Source: a virus
Lineage: Duplodnaviria > Caudoviricetes
Reading direction: 5' to 3' (one strand)
Length of the DNA stretch: 58,265 bases
IMG/VR virus record: IMGVR_UViG_3300022179_000289
Span: 1 to 58,265 of that record
The notes beneath the pieces are model-generated. The model was not told where the DNA came from. It saw only the letters and a list, made by a program, of their open reading frames with translations, and did no database searches. This document shows positions 26,944 to 36,724 of this stretch, one piece after another (position 1 is the first letter of the stretch; every line of letters starts with the position of its first letter). The translations under genes were made by a program, and so were the position numbers.

Positions 26944-27636
26944 TCACACGGCCTTCGACACAAAGAACGCTTCGACAATAGCCGAAGGTGTAGCTGGGAT
27001 GGCTGGCGTCACCCCCGCTGAGTAAGTCACAGCAGGGAGATGCTCCATAACTACAGAAGTGTCGGATACCCGCCACATAACTTCGACCCAAACACCTGCT
27101 GCCTCTGCGTAACCACTAAATGGCGTCACTGCGATAAGGTAAGAAGGGTCACCAGTCGATTTACGTGGTGGAATAGTGAAGCGGCTGTTTGAGTTGGGCA
27201 CATCCGTCGTGGTAGTGCCGTTGTTATACCGCAGCCAGACATCCACCGACTGCGCATCATTGGTCGGGTTCTTAAATGACAGGCTGTATATGAACATGTA
27301 CATACCCGGAGACGCGAAGGTAACCTGCGTGTCGTTAGCGCCTGTGATTGATATACCATCTGCGAAAGACGTAATCTCCAGTTCTACGGCGTAGGCTTGG
27401 TCGATAGCTGCCGCTGTCTGATCTACGTTGCTCAAGAACTGGTTATGTGGGAACGTCAGACCAATACCGCTACCATAGAAAAAATCGGCTGTATATGACT
27501 GCGCGTTGTTCGGAGTGCGTGAATCCAACTGTGAGAAATAAGTTTCGATGACGCGGATAACCTGCCGCATATACTGTGCGTCGTAGTCCGAGGGTGGGTT
27601 GGGTATCGGAGCAGCTTTGAACTTGTCTAATGCCAT
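26944..27636 (-). CDS. putative tail protein (coiled coil plus beta-sandwich)
   Basis: Directly downstream of the nozzle-like gene; 230 aa. Confidence 0.6.
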   Translation of the reverse strand: MALDKFKAAPIPNPPSDYDAQYMRQVIRVIETYFSQLDSRTPNNAQSYTADFFYGSGIGLTFPHNQFLSNVDQTAAAIDQAYAVELEITSFADGISITGANDTQVTFASPGMYMFIYSLSFKNPTNDAQSVDVWLRYNNGTTTTDVPNSNSRFTIPPRKSTGDPSYLIAVTPFSGYAEAAGVWVEVMWRVSDTSVVMEHLPAVTYSAGVTPAIPATPSAIVEAFFVSKAV

Positions 27637-29558
27637 TAGCGACGTCCGTCTTGCCGTGCATCAAGGCGGGGTGCGCCAAGTTGCCATTGAACATTAAGGT
27701 TCTCGGAGCGCACTTTGAGCGCCATCTGGCGGGCACGTGCACGGACAAAGACCTGATCGGTGTAGACGCCAACCGAAGTCTCAATGACACGCTGAGTGTC
27801 AGCCGCATCTGCGCTAAACGAACTGCCGGGAAAGTTGCGTGGGCGAATAGTCAGCGTCACTTCGGGAGATGCAGCGGTCGAGCCATCAAAGCCAACGTCA
27901 GGTAGTATGCGTCGGGTCAGCATGAAGTTGTCGCCATCGTCAAGGTCAAAGTCAGATGACTGGATGTAGCTGTCCATCGCTAACACATCGTCGTTCAGGC
28001 CGTTCTCATGGTTGTAAAGGAAGCCATCGCCAGTCGTTATGGTCGAGCCATCAACAGTAATAGGTGTGTTTGCACCTTGAGGGTTTTGGCGAAGCGGTGT
28101 GTCGAGCCATGCCGTACGGTCAATCGTGCCGTAATACCAGATACGTTCTAGGTGGTTATAGATGACATAGGCGTTGTTATAGTCGCTGTCTGCCGTCGGA
28201 TAGAACCACCATATTTCGTTCCACTGCTCATTGGTACCACAGATAATTTGGTCGGACTGGTTGAAGTTGAGGTTATTGAACACGTGGTTACGCAGCGTGC
28301 AGGGCAGTGTCTCGACGCGACCGGTGTAGGCATAGAACTTATCCTGCCCCATCCAGTAGGTGATGTTGGCAGCCGAACCTACCGCACGTGGCGAAGCAAT
28401 CGAGATATTGTCCGCGTATTCCTGCAAGCCAAATACGTCAGTCGTGCCAAGGAACTGGAGCGTGTACAGGTTGGTGTCAGTCCAAACCAAGATTTCCTGA
28501 CGGGTAGGTAGTGCCCGCACGATGCGCGAACCGCGAGAGACGCGTAAGTCACCAGCCGTGTTGGTCGTTGATGGCGTCCAATCGCCCGGAGTGTCTTGGT
28601 CAGCCCAACGGATTAGCAGCGGGTCGAAATCCCCTGTGCTGGTCGAACCAAACGGCACCGCACCAAAAGCAATTAAGTGCTTGTCCTGCTGGGATACCAG
28701 TAACTGCATAACCTGCACAGGGACGGAAGCAGCCGTATACCCCTCACCGTCGGCGTAGTCTTGTAGTGTTATAGCGTGTGTAGCCAACGAAGTCTGCGGA
28801 TCGTCCGTTGGACCTCGAACCCACCAATAAGGTGCACCGTTACGGATGTTCATTACAAGGTCGTTGTCGAAGTTGTCAAACCACCAGTCGCGCTGCGGAA
28901 GGTTGATACCGCCTGTGGTGCTACCCAGACCCCAAGCGTCACGCCCCCAAGTACCCGCACCCCAGCCAAGGCCAGCGGTGGTAATTGCATTACCCGGTTC
29001 GATCTCAGCCTTAACGGTATAGCCCGAGCCGCTTACGGAGGTAGTGGATGACGCAGGTGTTGCCACTGTGAAGCTAAAGCTGTTCGCCCCAAGCTTGGTA
29101 ATTATGTGGACTGCGTTCAGTTCGATGATGGGGATACCACCAAGGGCAGATGCAAACCCAGCGACAAGCACGGGTTCCCCTGTCACCAGCCAAGATGGGA
29201 GTGTAGCGGTTGTGGTCACTGTGACTACAGCAAGGGTGTTTGTTACCGCAAAAGTGTTAGACCCAGCGAGCGCTTCACCAAACGGCGTGATGTCGTAGTA
29301 GTAACCACCGTTCTCGATATAGGCTTTGGTGTCAGTCCCAAGTGCCAGTAGGTTATCGTTGAACGTCGTGATCCAGTTCCACATCTGGCGACACACGCCG
29401 TCAAATGCAGTGGGGGTAGACTTCACCCAGCCGCCAATCTTCTCCGGATAACCTGAGCGAAACCGAATTTTGTCACACTCGTACCAGCCGCCCTCGTTGG
29501 AGTAGTCGGTCTGGTCACGGTTCACACCGGGCTTAAACTGGAGCTTGATGAAGGCCAT
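27636..29558 (-). CDS. tail nozzle/stabilisation protein (P22 gp10 / tubular protein B-like)
   Basis: 640 aa, beta-propeller-like W/D-rich sequence, IRWADQ, EIWWFYP. Confidence 0.7.
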   Translation of the reverse strand: MAFIKLQFKPGVNRDQTDYSNEGGWYECDKIRFRSGYPEKIGGWVKSTPTAFDGVCRQMWNWITTFNDNLLALGTDTKAYIENGGYYYDITPFGEALAGSNTFAVTNTLAVVTVTTTATLPSWLVTGEPVLVAGFASALGGIPIIELNAVHIITKLGANSFSFTVATPASSTTSVSGSGYTVKAEIEPGNAITTAGLGWGAGTWGRDAWGLGSTTGGINLPQRDWWFDNFDNDLVMNIRNGAPYWWVRGPTDDPQTSLATHAITLQDYADGEGYTAASVPVQVMQLLVSQQDKHLIAFGAVPFGSTSTGDFDPLLIRWADQDTPGDWTPSTTNTAGDLRVSRGSRIVRALPTRQEILVWTDTNLYTLQFLGTTDVFGLQEYADNISIASPRAVGSAANITYWMGQDKFYAYTGRVETLPCTLRNHVFNNLNFNQSDQIICGTNEQWNEIWWFYPTADSDYNNAYVIYNHLERIWYYGTIDRTAWLDTPLRQNPQGANTPITVDGSTITTGDGFLYNHENGLNDDVLAMDSYIQSSDFDLDDGDNFMLTRRILPDVGFDGSTAASPEVTLTIRPRNFPGSSFSADAADTQRVIETSVGVYTDQVFVRARARQMALKVRSENLNVQWQLGAPRLDARQDGRR

Positions 29559-30127
29559 TAGAATAAGTTTGCCTCAAGATCGATTGTTGCGGTGTCGAGT
29601 ACGGTAGTCGTGCCAATCTTGCGTATTTGTACGGTAAATGTACAGAAATTTGAACCCCCCGGAGTAAACTCTTCAACGTACCAATTACGAGTGGTAGACA
29701 ACGCAAGCCATGTCCCAGTACCACTACCACCTGACAGCGTACCCGATGTTACGGTTACCAACGCTTCATAGTTTGACGCTTGACTGGTTGGTGTACACCA
29801 CTGTTCGAGGTTCATGGGATTGATGCCTCCCGCCTCTGTAGACTGCTCGACCTGCCCTCCGGCTGTGAGGAAGTAATAAGCGTAAGCGGCACTAATACCA
29901 GACCCCGATATATACTGGTCAGTTATAGATATAACGACGTTACTCGTACCGTAAAAATTCCGGATGCTAATTGTGCCGGATGAAGGCACAGCACCATAGG
30001 TGCCACTTGTCCCAGCGGGGACGTAGCTGCCGCCAGCATAATACTCACTCAACGAGATAGGGTTCGACCCACCAAACTCGGTCTGAATATCAGCAAGTGT
30101 AAGAGGTCCGCTGGATGGTAGTGCCAT
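29558..30127 (-). CDS. putative fibre-tip adhesin
   Basis: N-terminal ALPSSG.L.L.DI.TEFG...SLSEYY...ISIRNFYG attachment-type motif right after the fibre gene. Confidence 0.6.
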   Translation of the reverse strand: MALPSSGPLTLADIQTEFGGSNPISLSEYYAGGSYVPAGTSGTYGAVPSSGTISIRNFYGTSNVVISITDQYISGSGISAAYAYYFLTAGGQVEQSTEAGGINPMNLEQWCTPTSQASNYEALVTVTSGTLSGGSGTGTWLALSTTRNWYVEEFTPGGSNFCTFTVQIRKIGTTTVLDTATIDLEANLF

Positions 30128-32094
30128 TAGATGCTCCCGAAGGCTGTGACGTTATTAAGTGCAGTAAACGCTCCGTTGCTTTCCAACTTAGCGATGTTGG
30201 TTGCCCCATATTTGAAGTACAGGACGCCGCCGCTTTCCACGATAGAGAAGTTGGTTGTGGCCAAACTTGCTGCGCTACCAGTAGTATTCTGGTTGAGTGT
30301 CGGGAATGTGCAGTTCGTAAGCGTACCGGACGAAGGCGTGCCAAGCGCGCCACCGGGGGCTACATAGTCAGTGCCTGCGGTAGCGGCAGTGAATGCCGAC
30401 GTTCCGTTCCCCTTCAGGACACCCGTAAGGGTTGTTGCGCCGGTGCCGCCATTAGCAACGGGGAGCGTACCTGTGACGTTAGTCGAGAGGCTGCAATAAG
30501 TAGTCGAGGTAGACCCAGTACCACCATTGGCAATAGGCAGCGTACCAGTAACCGCGGAGGTTAAGTTGACACCAGTTAGGGTGCCGCCAAGGGTAAGTGA
30601 ACCCGAAGAGGTGACTGTGCCTGTGAGAGTGAGGCCGTTGACTGTGCCCGTCCCACTAACAGACGTAACAGTGCCAGCCCCCCCAGTAGCCGCAATGGTA
30701 ATTCCCCCCGCGCTGTTGGTAACACTGACGCCAGAACCAGCCGTGATTGTGGCAGCGGTGTAACCCGTGCCGTTACCGATCAGAAGCTGGCCGTTTGTCG
30801 GTGTAGACGTGATGCCCGTCCCGCCGTTGCCTATTGGTAGTGTGCCAGTAACCGCAGAGGTCAAGCTGACGCCTGATAGGGTGCCACCGAGAGTAAGCGA
30901 GCCAGATGCCGTCACCGTGCCTGTGAGAGTGAGGCCGTTGACTGTGCCGGTGCCAGCCACGCTGGTGACCGTACCCGTAGTCGAACTAGTACCCGCGCCG
31001 ATTGCGCTCCGGAAAGTCGCAGCATCCAAAGCAGAGACCGTGTTGTCCGCATTGAAGCGTGGGAACGTAACCGCGCTGGGATTGGTCAGGGTAAACATAT
31101 TACCCCCAACCGTAGTAGCACCTAGACTTGTGCGTGCACCGGACTCTGTTGTAGCGTTTGTTCCGCCATTGGCGATAGGTAGTGTGCCTGAGACCTGCGT
31201 GGTCAGGCTGACGCCGGAGAGCGTGCCGCCCAGAGTAAGTGAGCCAGATGTAGTGACCGTGCCGGTAAGTGTGAGACCGTTGACTGTGCCTGCACCAGCT
31301 ACACTGGTAACTGTACCTGTGGTCGAGCTAGTACCCGCACCAATCGCAGTACGGAAGTCCGCAGCATTTAGGGATGAGACCGTGTTATCCGCGTTAAACC
31401 GGGGGAACGTAACCGCGCTGGGGTTGGTGATTATAAAGATATTGCCACCGAGCGTTGTAGCCCCGAGGTTAGTCCGTGCATCCCCAGCAGTCGAAGCGCC
31501 TGTGCCGCCATCGGCAACAGCAAGGTCAGTGATACCTGTGATCGAGCCACCGCTAATAGTGACAGCGTTTGCGTTCTGCGTGGAGATCGTGCCAAGGCCG
31601 AGGTTAGTCCGTGCACCCGAAGCAGCGTTAGACCCGGTGCCGCCAGAAGCAACGGGGAGCGCCGTACCAAGCGTAAGCGACGTAAGGTGAGTGACAACGT
31701 CCACCACATTGGTGCCGTTATTGTAGACCCACATGGTCTTACCGGCAGGTACGGCAATGCCGGAGCCGGTTGTGTTCTTTACCGTGATTGTGCCGTCAGT
31801 GCCGTTGTTGACGATGTAGGGCTTGTTGATCTGGCACCCGGAACCAAGCACAAGGTTATACCCAGAAGTCGCAGTGCCTGTCAGGTTGAGGCGCATGTTG
31901 CGCGCCGACTGCGTAGCATTGGTATTAGACAGCGTCAGTGTGACATCAGCGCTGGAGAACGCAACTGAAACCGAGCCAGCAATAGCCTCTTCGAGTGCCG
32001 TGCCAAGGTTGACGTTCGTGACGTCGCCCCACGTGGTCGAGTTCTCGCCCGTGGTCATCAACTGAATTTTAAGGTTGCTATACGTACTTGCCAT
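30127..32094 (-). CDS. tail fibre protein with internal repeats
   Basis: GTLPIANGGTG and GTVTSV repeats; 114-aa internal duplication. Confidence 0.8.
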   Translation of the reverse strand: MASTYSNLKIQLMTTGENSTTWGDVTNVNLGTALEEAIAGSVSVAFSSADVTLTLSNTNATQSARNMRLNLTGTATSGYNLVLGSGCQINKPYIVNNGTDGTITVKNTTGSGIAVPAGKTMWVYNNGTNVVDVVTHLTSLTLGTALPVASGGTGSNAASGARTNLGLGTISTQNANAVTISGGSITGITDLAVADGGTGASTAGDARTNLGATTLGGNIFIITNPSAVTFPRFNADNTVSSLNAADFRTAIGAGTSSTTGTVTSVAGAGTVNGLTLTGTVTTSGSLTLGGTLSGVSLTTQVSGTLPIANGGTNATTESGARTSLGATTVGGNMFTLTNPSAVTFPRFNADNTVSALDAATFRSAIGAGTSSTTGTVTSVAGTGTVNGLTLTGTVTASGSLTLGGTLSGVSLTSAVTGTLPIGNGGTGITSTPTNGQLLIGNGTGYTAATITAGSGVSVTNSAGGITIAATGGAGTVTSVSGTGTVNGLTLTGTVTSSGSLTLGGTLTGVNLTSAVTGTLPIANGGTGSTSTTYCSLSTNVTGTLPVANGGTGATTLTGVLKGNGTSAFTAATAGTDYVAPGGALGTPSSGTLTNCTFPTLNQNTTGSAASLATTNFSIVESGGVLYFKYGATNIAKLESNGAFTALNNVTAFGSI

Positions 32095-32103
32095 CTTCGT
32101 TCC

Positions 32104-33426
32104 TTACGTCGGTATCTGAGTCCAGACTACTGTATTTCCGTCATTAACTTGTGTCCAGTTAGGCGTTTGATTATCGTTGATCTGCTGCCAAATAAGCGGG
32201 CTAGTAACAGACCCAATAGCCGAAACCCCTGTGACGAATACCTTAGTCCCCAAGCTTAAACTAACAGTGCCAATAAATCCAGAGGCAGAAACACCAGTAA
32301 CCGTTACGTTTTGCTTGATTGAAGCAACAGCAGTGCCAATAGACCCAGTAGCCGAAACGCCTGTTAGGGTTACACTACCTTTAGCGGCGACTGTTGCTGT
32401 GCCAATAGACCCAGTGGCCGAAACGCCTGTTACGGTTGTGTTGGCTTTACCTGATACGGCTGCTGTGCCGATAGACCCTGTGGCCGAAACACCGGTAAGA
32501 GTGATGCTCGCTGTCACAACAGCAGTAACGGTACCAATGGAACCGGTAGCCGAAACACCTGTTACGGTAGTATTAGCCTTGGCAGATACAGTGGCTACGC
32601 CGATAGAACCGGTAGCCGAAACACCAGTGAGGGCTACATTCTGGGCAACCTTGGTCGTTGCCGTACCAATAGAACCGGTAGCCGAGACGCCTGTCAGGGT
32701 TGTGTTAGATTTACCTGATACTGTAGCTGTGCCAATAGCAGCAGCGCCTGTAACTCCGTTGAGGTCTGCGATAGCCTCGGCAGCTACGACAACCGTACCG
32801 ATAGACCCCGTGGCTGAAACTCCTGTTACGGAGAAGTTGGCCAAACCAGAGACAGTGGCGGTACCAGCAGCCGCAGACGCCACGACGCCGTTGACGTTGG
32901 TGTTCTGAGCACCAACGACCATAACAACGCCGATAGAGCCAGAAGCCTCTACCCCGCTAACGGGCACGGGGGTAACCGAGCCAGCAGTAATAGTGCCGAG
33001 AGACGTTGCACCCGTGACCCCCGCTAGGGTTACTCTGGCTTTACCAGTCTCAGTTGTGTCGCCAATGGAGCCAGTAGCCGAGACACCAGTTACAGAGAAG
33101 CTGGCCTTACCAGTTTCGGTTGTGTCGCCAACTGCGCCGGTAGCCGAGACGCCAGTTAGGGTAGTGTTGGCTTTGCCGGTCTCGGTCGTATCACCAATGG
33201 AGCCGGTGGCTGAGACGCCGGTGAGAGGTACGTTGGCTTTGTTGACCTCGGTTGTGTCCCCGATGGAACCAGTAGCCGAAACGCCAGTTAGGGTAACCCT
33301 AGCTTTGCCGCTTTCAGTCGTATCACCGATAGACCCAGTGGCAGAAACGCCTGTGAGGCTAACTGATACAGATACTGTACCGAGAGCAGCAAATGGTGCA
33401 GCCGCGAAGGAGGTAAAACCAAACAT
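32104..33426 (-). CDS. Thr/Gly/Val-rich 22-aa repeat structural protein
   Basis: About 18 copies of TGVSATGSIG plus 12 aa, 66-nt period. Confidence 0.75.
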   Translation of the reverse strand: MFGFTSFAAAPFAALGTVSVSVSLTGVSATGSIGDTTESGKARVTLTGVSATGSIGDTTEVNKANVPLTGVSATGSIGDTTETGKANTTLTGVSATGAVGDTTETGKASFSVTGVSATGSIGDTTETGKARVTLAGVTGATSLGTITAGSVTPVPVSGVEASGSIGVVMVVGAQNTNVNGVVASAAAGTATVSGLANFSVTGVSATGSIGTVVVAAEAIADLNGVTGAAAIGTATVSGKSNTTLTGVSATGSIGTATTKVAQNVALTGVSATGSIGVATVSAKANTTVTGVSATGSIGTVTAVVTASITLTGVSATGSIGTAAVSGKANTTVTGVSATGSIGTATVAAKGSVTLTGVSATGSIGTAVASIKQNVTVTGVSASGFIGTVSLSLGTKVFVTGVSAIGSVTSPLIWQQINDNQTPNWTQVNDGNTVVWTQIPT

Positions 33427-33466
33427 GTGTAATCCCTCCTTCCGGCTAGGTTAGTATTGGTAGGAG

Positions 33467-33652
33467 TTAGCCTCCGAGGTACTGTGCACCGGCAGCGGCA
33501 AGTGTAGCGATTACACCGAGAACCCCAGCTATCTTAGCTTTCTTACCCAACTTGGGTTTCGGCGCTTCATCCATAGGCAAGATTTTGCCTGCGGCTTTCT
33601 TGAGGATTGCCTTTTCAGCTTCTTTCTTCAATACGCTTTTAAAATCAACCAT
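33467..33652 (-). CDS. small Lys-rich membrane protein (lysis accessory/holin-like)
   Basis: Start MVDFK at 33652 behind AAGGAG; C-terminal hydrophobic helix. Confidence 0.6.
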   Translation of the reverse strand: MVDFKSVLKKEAEKAILKKAAGKILPMDEAPKPKLGKKAKIAGVLGVIATLAAAGAQYLGG

Positions 33653-33663
33653 TGTAGTTCTCC

Positions 33664-34275
33664 TTACAACCAAGCAGCATATTTCTTGGTTTTCAGTTTG
33701 CGGTCGTCGAGGCCATGTGTACCACCATTTATGCGCTTTGTCAGGGCAAGAATTGCAGCGTCGTTGATGCCTTGGTCGCAGATGGACCATAGCTTATTTT
33801 TGTCAAAGAACCACAATGCGCTCTCGAAGGCGAGTTCCGTAGCGACAAGGTCTGGGTTGTCCATGATGTCTGGGCGGTTCACGTACTTGGCAAACTCAGA
33901 ATAGTTAAATTTTCCAGTGAGTTGCAAGGCTCCTCGACCACGAAAAGCGAACCCTTCGCCCGACGCTTCGTCGCCATTACCCATGCGGTTGCCGTAGACG
34001 CGGTTAGCAATCTTTGCGGGCTTGCGCTCATAGGCTTTAGCTAGGGCATCAGTCGGGAAGTACTTACGGAAGATGCCACGCAACCCCTTAGCGCCGTAGT
34101 TCAGGTTCTCGCTGAACGCCTTGAAGTTACCCGACTCATGCGCCGTTTGAGCAAAGAAATGCGCAGCCCGATTAGGTGATAGCTTATAGTAAGCCGCAGC
34201 CGCCTTAAGTGTACCCGGACCGAACGCACCATCTGCCGTTACTCCGATCTTCTGCTGAAGGTTAATCAAGCTCAT
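33664..34275 (-). CDS. endolysin, glycoside hydrolase family 19, with N-terminal peptidoglycan-binding motif
   Basis: ADGAFGPGT; FFAQTAHESG, ENLNY, FRGRGALQLTG..NY, TKRINGG..GLDDR. Confidence 0.92.
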   Translation of the reverse strand: MSLINLQQKIGVTADGAFGPGTLKAAAAYYKLSPNRAAHFFAQTAHESGNFKAFSENLNYGAKGLRGIFRKYFPTDALAKAYERKPAKIANRVYGNRMGNGDEASGEGFAFRGRGALQLTGKFNYSEFAKYVNRPDIMDNPDLVATELAFESALWFFDKNKLWSICDQGINDAAILALTKRINGGTHGLDDRKLKTKKYAAWL

Positions 34276-34760
34276 TTGCCAGCACTCCGCCAATCAGGGA
34301 AGTCATTTTCGTCAACCACGCCGTCGCCGTTCGCGTCATATCGCAGGTCGTTGCGGTACTTCTCCCACGGCTCCATGTCGTCGTCATCATCTTCAGGCTC
34401 GTCGATAAAGACAGTGCCATTTGGGTCGCTGTATGGCTTGGGTGCTTCTGGTTCTGGCGCAGGTGTGTCCAGTTCAAGCGGTGCTTCCGGCTCAGGTTCT
34501 TTGTCACGAGCGTTGGCGTTAAGGCTCAAGCCACCAAGCAAGCCAACAAGCGCACCGATGATGGTCTGGAACGCAGGGTTAATCATCTCAAGGATGGCGG
34601 TGCTGTCCACAACGTCGTTTGGCACAAACAGGCCTACGACCAACGCCAGCACAACGACAAGGATAACTGCCGCCAGCGTGACGATTGCCACGCGGATAAC
34701 AAACTCGACGGTGTCATTGACGCCATCATGCTTGCTTTCAAAACTACTCAGGAAGCTCAT
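34272..34760 (-). CDS. two-TM membrane protein with acidic EF-hand-like tail
   Basis: Two hydrophobic helices, PE-rich linker, DANGDGVVDEND. Confidence 0.7.
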   Translation of the reverse strand: MSFLSSFESKHDGVNDTVEFVIRVAIVTLAAVILVVVLALVVGLFVPNDVVDSTAILEMINPAFQTIIGALVGLLGGLSLNANARDKEPEPEAPLELDTPAPEPEAPKPYSDPNGTVFIDEPEDDDDDMEPWEKYRNDLRYDANGDGVVDENDFPDWRSAGK

Positions 34761-35052
34761 CACATTCTCCTTCATCTGACTTCTTGGGCTTGATTGAACC
34801 GCTGCCCTGCCCCGCCATAAGTCCTGCCAATGCCCCCACGATAAACGTCGCTATTGGGTTAATCAGCTTAAAAAACTCCGCGTCGTTGGGGGACTGCCCC
34901 TCCATCGGCTGCGACACGAATATCAGCGAATATAGCACCGTCGCCACAATGAACATCAACGTGAACGACAGGACAACGCCGACAATAAACCGCAGCAGTT
35001 CCTCTGGCGACCAATACTTAACCTTCCTCGACACTTTCTTCACCCGTATCAA
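34744..35052 (-). CDS. two-TM holin-like protein
   Basis: Two hydrophobic helices; start may be GTG 35034. Confidence 0.65.
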   Translation of the reverse strand: MIRVKKVSRKVKYWSPEELLRFIVGVVLSFTLMFIVATVLYSLIFVSQPMEGQSPNDAEFFKLINPIATFIVGALAGLMAGQGSGSIKPKKSDEGECDELPE

Positions 35053-35200
35053 TTAGCCATTCGGTGCAGTAGCCCATAGCTACACATTTGGGCTTCTTGC
35101 AAATTTCGTCCTGCCAGTTCTCAGGGTCTTGGCAGTCATAGCGATATCGGTCTTCGCAGCCTGTGAGAGCCATTAGAGCTATCAAAACAACAAAACGCAT
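35018..35200 (-). CDS. Cys-rich lipoprotein
   Basis: Signal peptide with lipobox LTGC and four more Cys. Confidence 0.75.
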   Translation of the reverse strand: MRFVVLIALMALTGCEDRYRYDCQDPENWQDEICKKPKCVAMGYCTEWLIDTGEESVEEG

Positions 35201-35256
35201 CCCGCTAACCTTTTACCGAAACTTTGGGCCGCGCAGCCGTAACATAAACAGGTACA

Positions 35257-35487
35257 TCATGCTAGTCCTATGGTAGCAGTAGACGTCTCCCGATCTAGGG
35301 TAAGCACCCCATCGCAGCACATAGACCAGTCTTCGCCAGTTTTAGCCCCGTAGCTGGGCACATTGATAATTACATGTTTAACGAGATATTCTTTGTCATC
35401 CTCAAATACCCGCCAGACATGATCTACCGACCCACGGTTTTTCAGCCCTCGCGTTGTATTAAACCGGATGCGGAAGTGTGCCATCAA
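35257..35487 (-). CDS. hypothetical protein
   Basis: 76-aa ORF coupled to the upstream oxygenase. Confidence 0.7.
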   Translation of the reverse strand: MMAHFRIRFNTTRGLKNRGSVDHVWRVFEDDKEYLVKHVIINVPSYGAKTGEDWSMCCDGVLTLDRETSTATIGLA

Positions 35488-36113
35488 ACTACCTCTGCGG
35501 TATCAGGAAACTCGGTAGGTTCTACGTATGGGCGAGTATGGATGTTCAGATGGATAAAGGTAAACGGCTTCAGTGATGGGTTCCGTGTAAAGCTGTGCGC
35601 AAGCCATGACGGCGTGAACATTAAAGTACCAGCCTCAAGGTCAAAGTTAACCATTCTGGTTGCTATGGTTATCTTACTAAGGTCAGCTTCGGGCAGGTTA
35701 GATGCAATTCGCATTGAGCGTGGGTCGTGGATAACCAACTTCGGTGCGTCCTTTGGGCACTCAAGGACGTAGAAGGCTACAAGGTCGCAGTCGCTGTGGC
35801 TGTGGTATTCCATGGAAGAAAGTTTGTGATGCTCCTGTACCCACGCTTCTGTAAGATGCGTAGACATTCCCTCCATCTGGTAGCCTTGCTCACTCAGAAG
35901 GTTCCACGCTGTGTTAAGTACGTAGCCAAAGAGCGGTTCTAAGTCGGTACTGTCATACAAATTACCATGCGCCATTGGATATATCGGATTGATAGCCCCG
36001 TGGGCTTTCAGCGCTTGTTTGCTAACTTTTCGAGCAACGTCGAGAAAGTCAGGCTTCTTGATGCTGTATACAGGTGATACAAAATATTGCCATTGGTCGA
36101 GTACATCACTCAT
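35484..36113 (-). CDS. putative 2OG-Fe(II) oxygenase (TIGR02466-like)
   Basis: EAW...YHSH...HDPR...GTLMFTPSWLAH; start MSDVL at 36113. Confidence 0.8.
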   Translation of the reverse strand: MSDVLDQWQYFVSPVYSIKKPDFLDVARKVSKQALKAHGAINPIYPMAHGNLYDSTDLEPLFGYVLNTAWNLLSEQGYQMEGMSTHLTEAWVQEHHKLSSMEYHSHSDCDLVAFYVLECPKDAPKLVIHDPRSMRIASNLPEADLSKITIATRMVNFDLEAGTLMFTPSWLAHSFTRNPSLKPFTFIHLNIHTRPYVEPTEFPDTAEVV

Positions 36114-36123
36114 AGGGTGTGCC

Positions 36124-36723
36124 TTATTTAAACGGAGGGCCAGAGACCCAGACCACGATGGTTTTGCGGATTCCGCGTGTAACGGGTGTAACGCGGTGTA
36201 GCGTGTAAGAAGGGAACGCAGCCACCAACCCTCGCTCACGCTTCACTGGTGTGGGGTCTTTCTCCCTATGTATCTGCAATTCGCCCCCATCGTACTGGTT
36301 AGGGTCGGTAAGTTGCAGAACAAGGCTAAATTTACGCGGCGCATCATGGTTGGAGCCAGCATCGACATGCCATTCATAATGGTCACCCTCGCCGTCGTAT
36401 ACCGTAAACTGCATATCTTCGACAAAGCCAGTTAGGTCGAACCGGTAGAACATGGCATTAAGCTGGCGCGATATCCATGCCAGCTTATCGTAGAACCACC
36501 CTGTATCGGGGTTAGAACTGATCCAGCCGACCTTTGACTTCCGGTAATCAGCAAAGTCCTCACTTTCAGTGCTGCCCGTAATTGTGGCCTTATGTTGGGG
36601 TAGCGCATCACAATACGCCTCAATCCTGTCCAGTTCCTCTGGGGTAAAGCCGTTCTCCCATATAACGAACGGCTCATGCTCACGGGTGGTTGGCGGCATG
36701 GGTGCAAACGTATAGAGCGACAT
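36124..36723 (-). CDS. 2OG-Fe(II) dioxygenase, prolyl 4-hydroxylase/PKHD-like
   Basis: WHVD (HxD), YDGGEL, FPSYTLHRVTPVTRGIR (distal His, 2OG-binding Arg); start MSLYT at 36723. Confidence 0.9.
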   Translation of the reverse strand: MSLYTFAPMPPTTREHEPFVIWENGFTPEELDRIEAYCDALPQHKATITGSTESEDFADYRKSKVGWISSNPDTGWFYDKLAWISRQLNAMFYRFDLTGFVEDMQFTVYDGEGDHYEWHVDAGSNHDAPRKFSLVLQLTDPNQYDGGELQIHREKDPTPVKRERGLVAAFPSYTLHRVTPVTRGIRKTIVVWVSGPPFK

Positions 36724-36724
36724 A

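Noticed and set aside
32200-33360. Regular 66-nt DNA repeats resembling a CRISPR array
   Set aside because: In-frame coding repeats with third-position variation; no invariant repeat, unique spacers or leader.
30131-33454. + strand Pro/Val-rich ORFs over the fibre genes
   Set aside because: Antisense shadows of Thr/Gly repeats.
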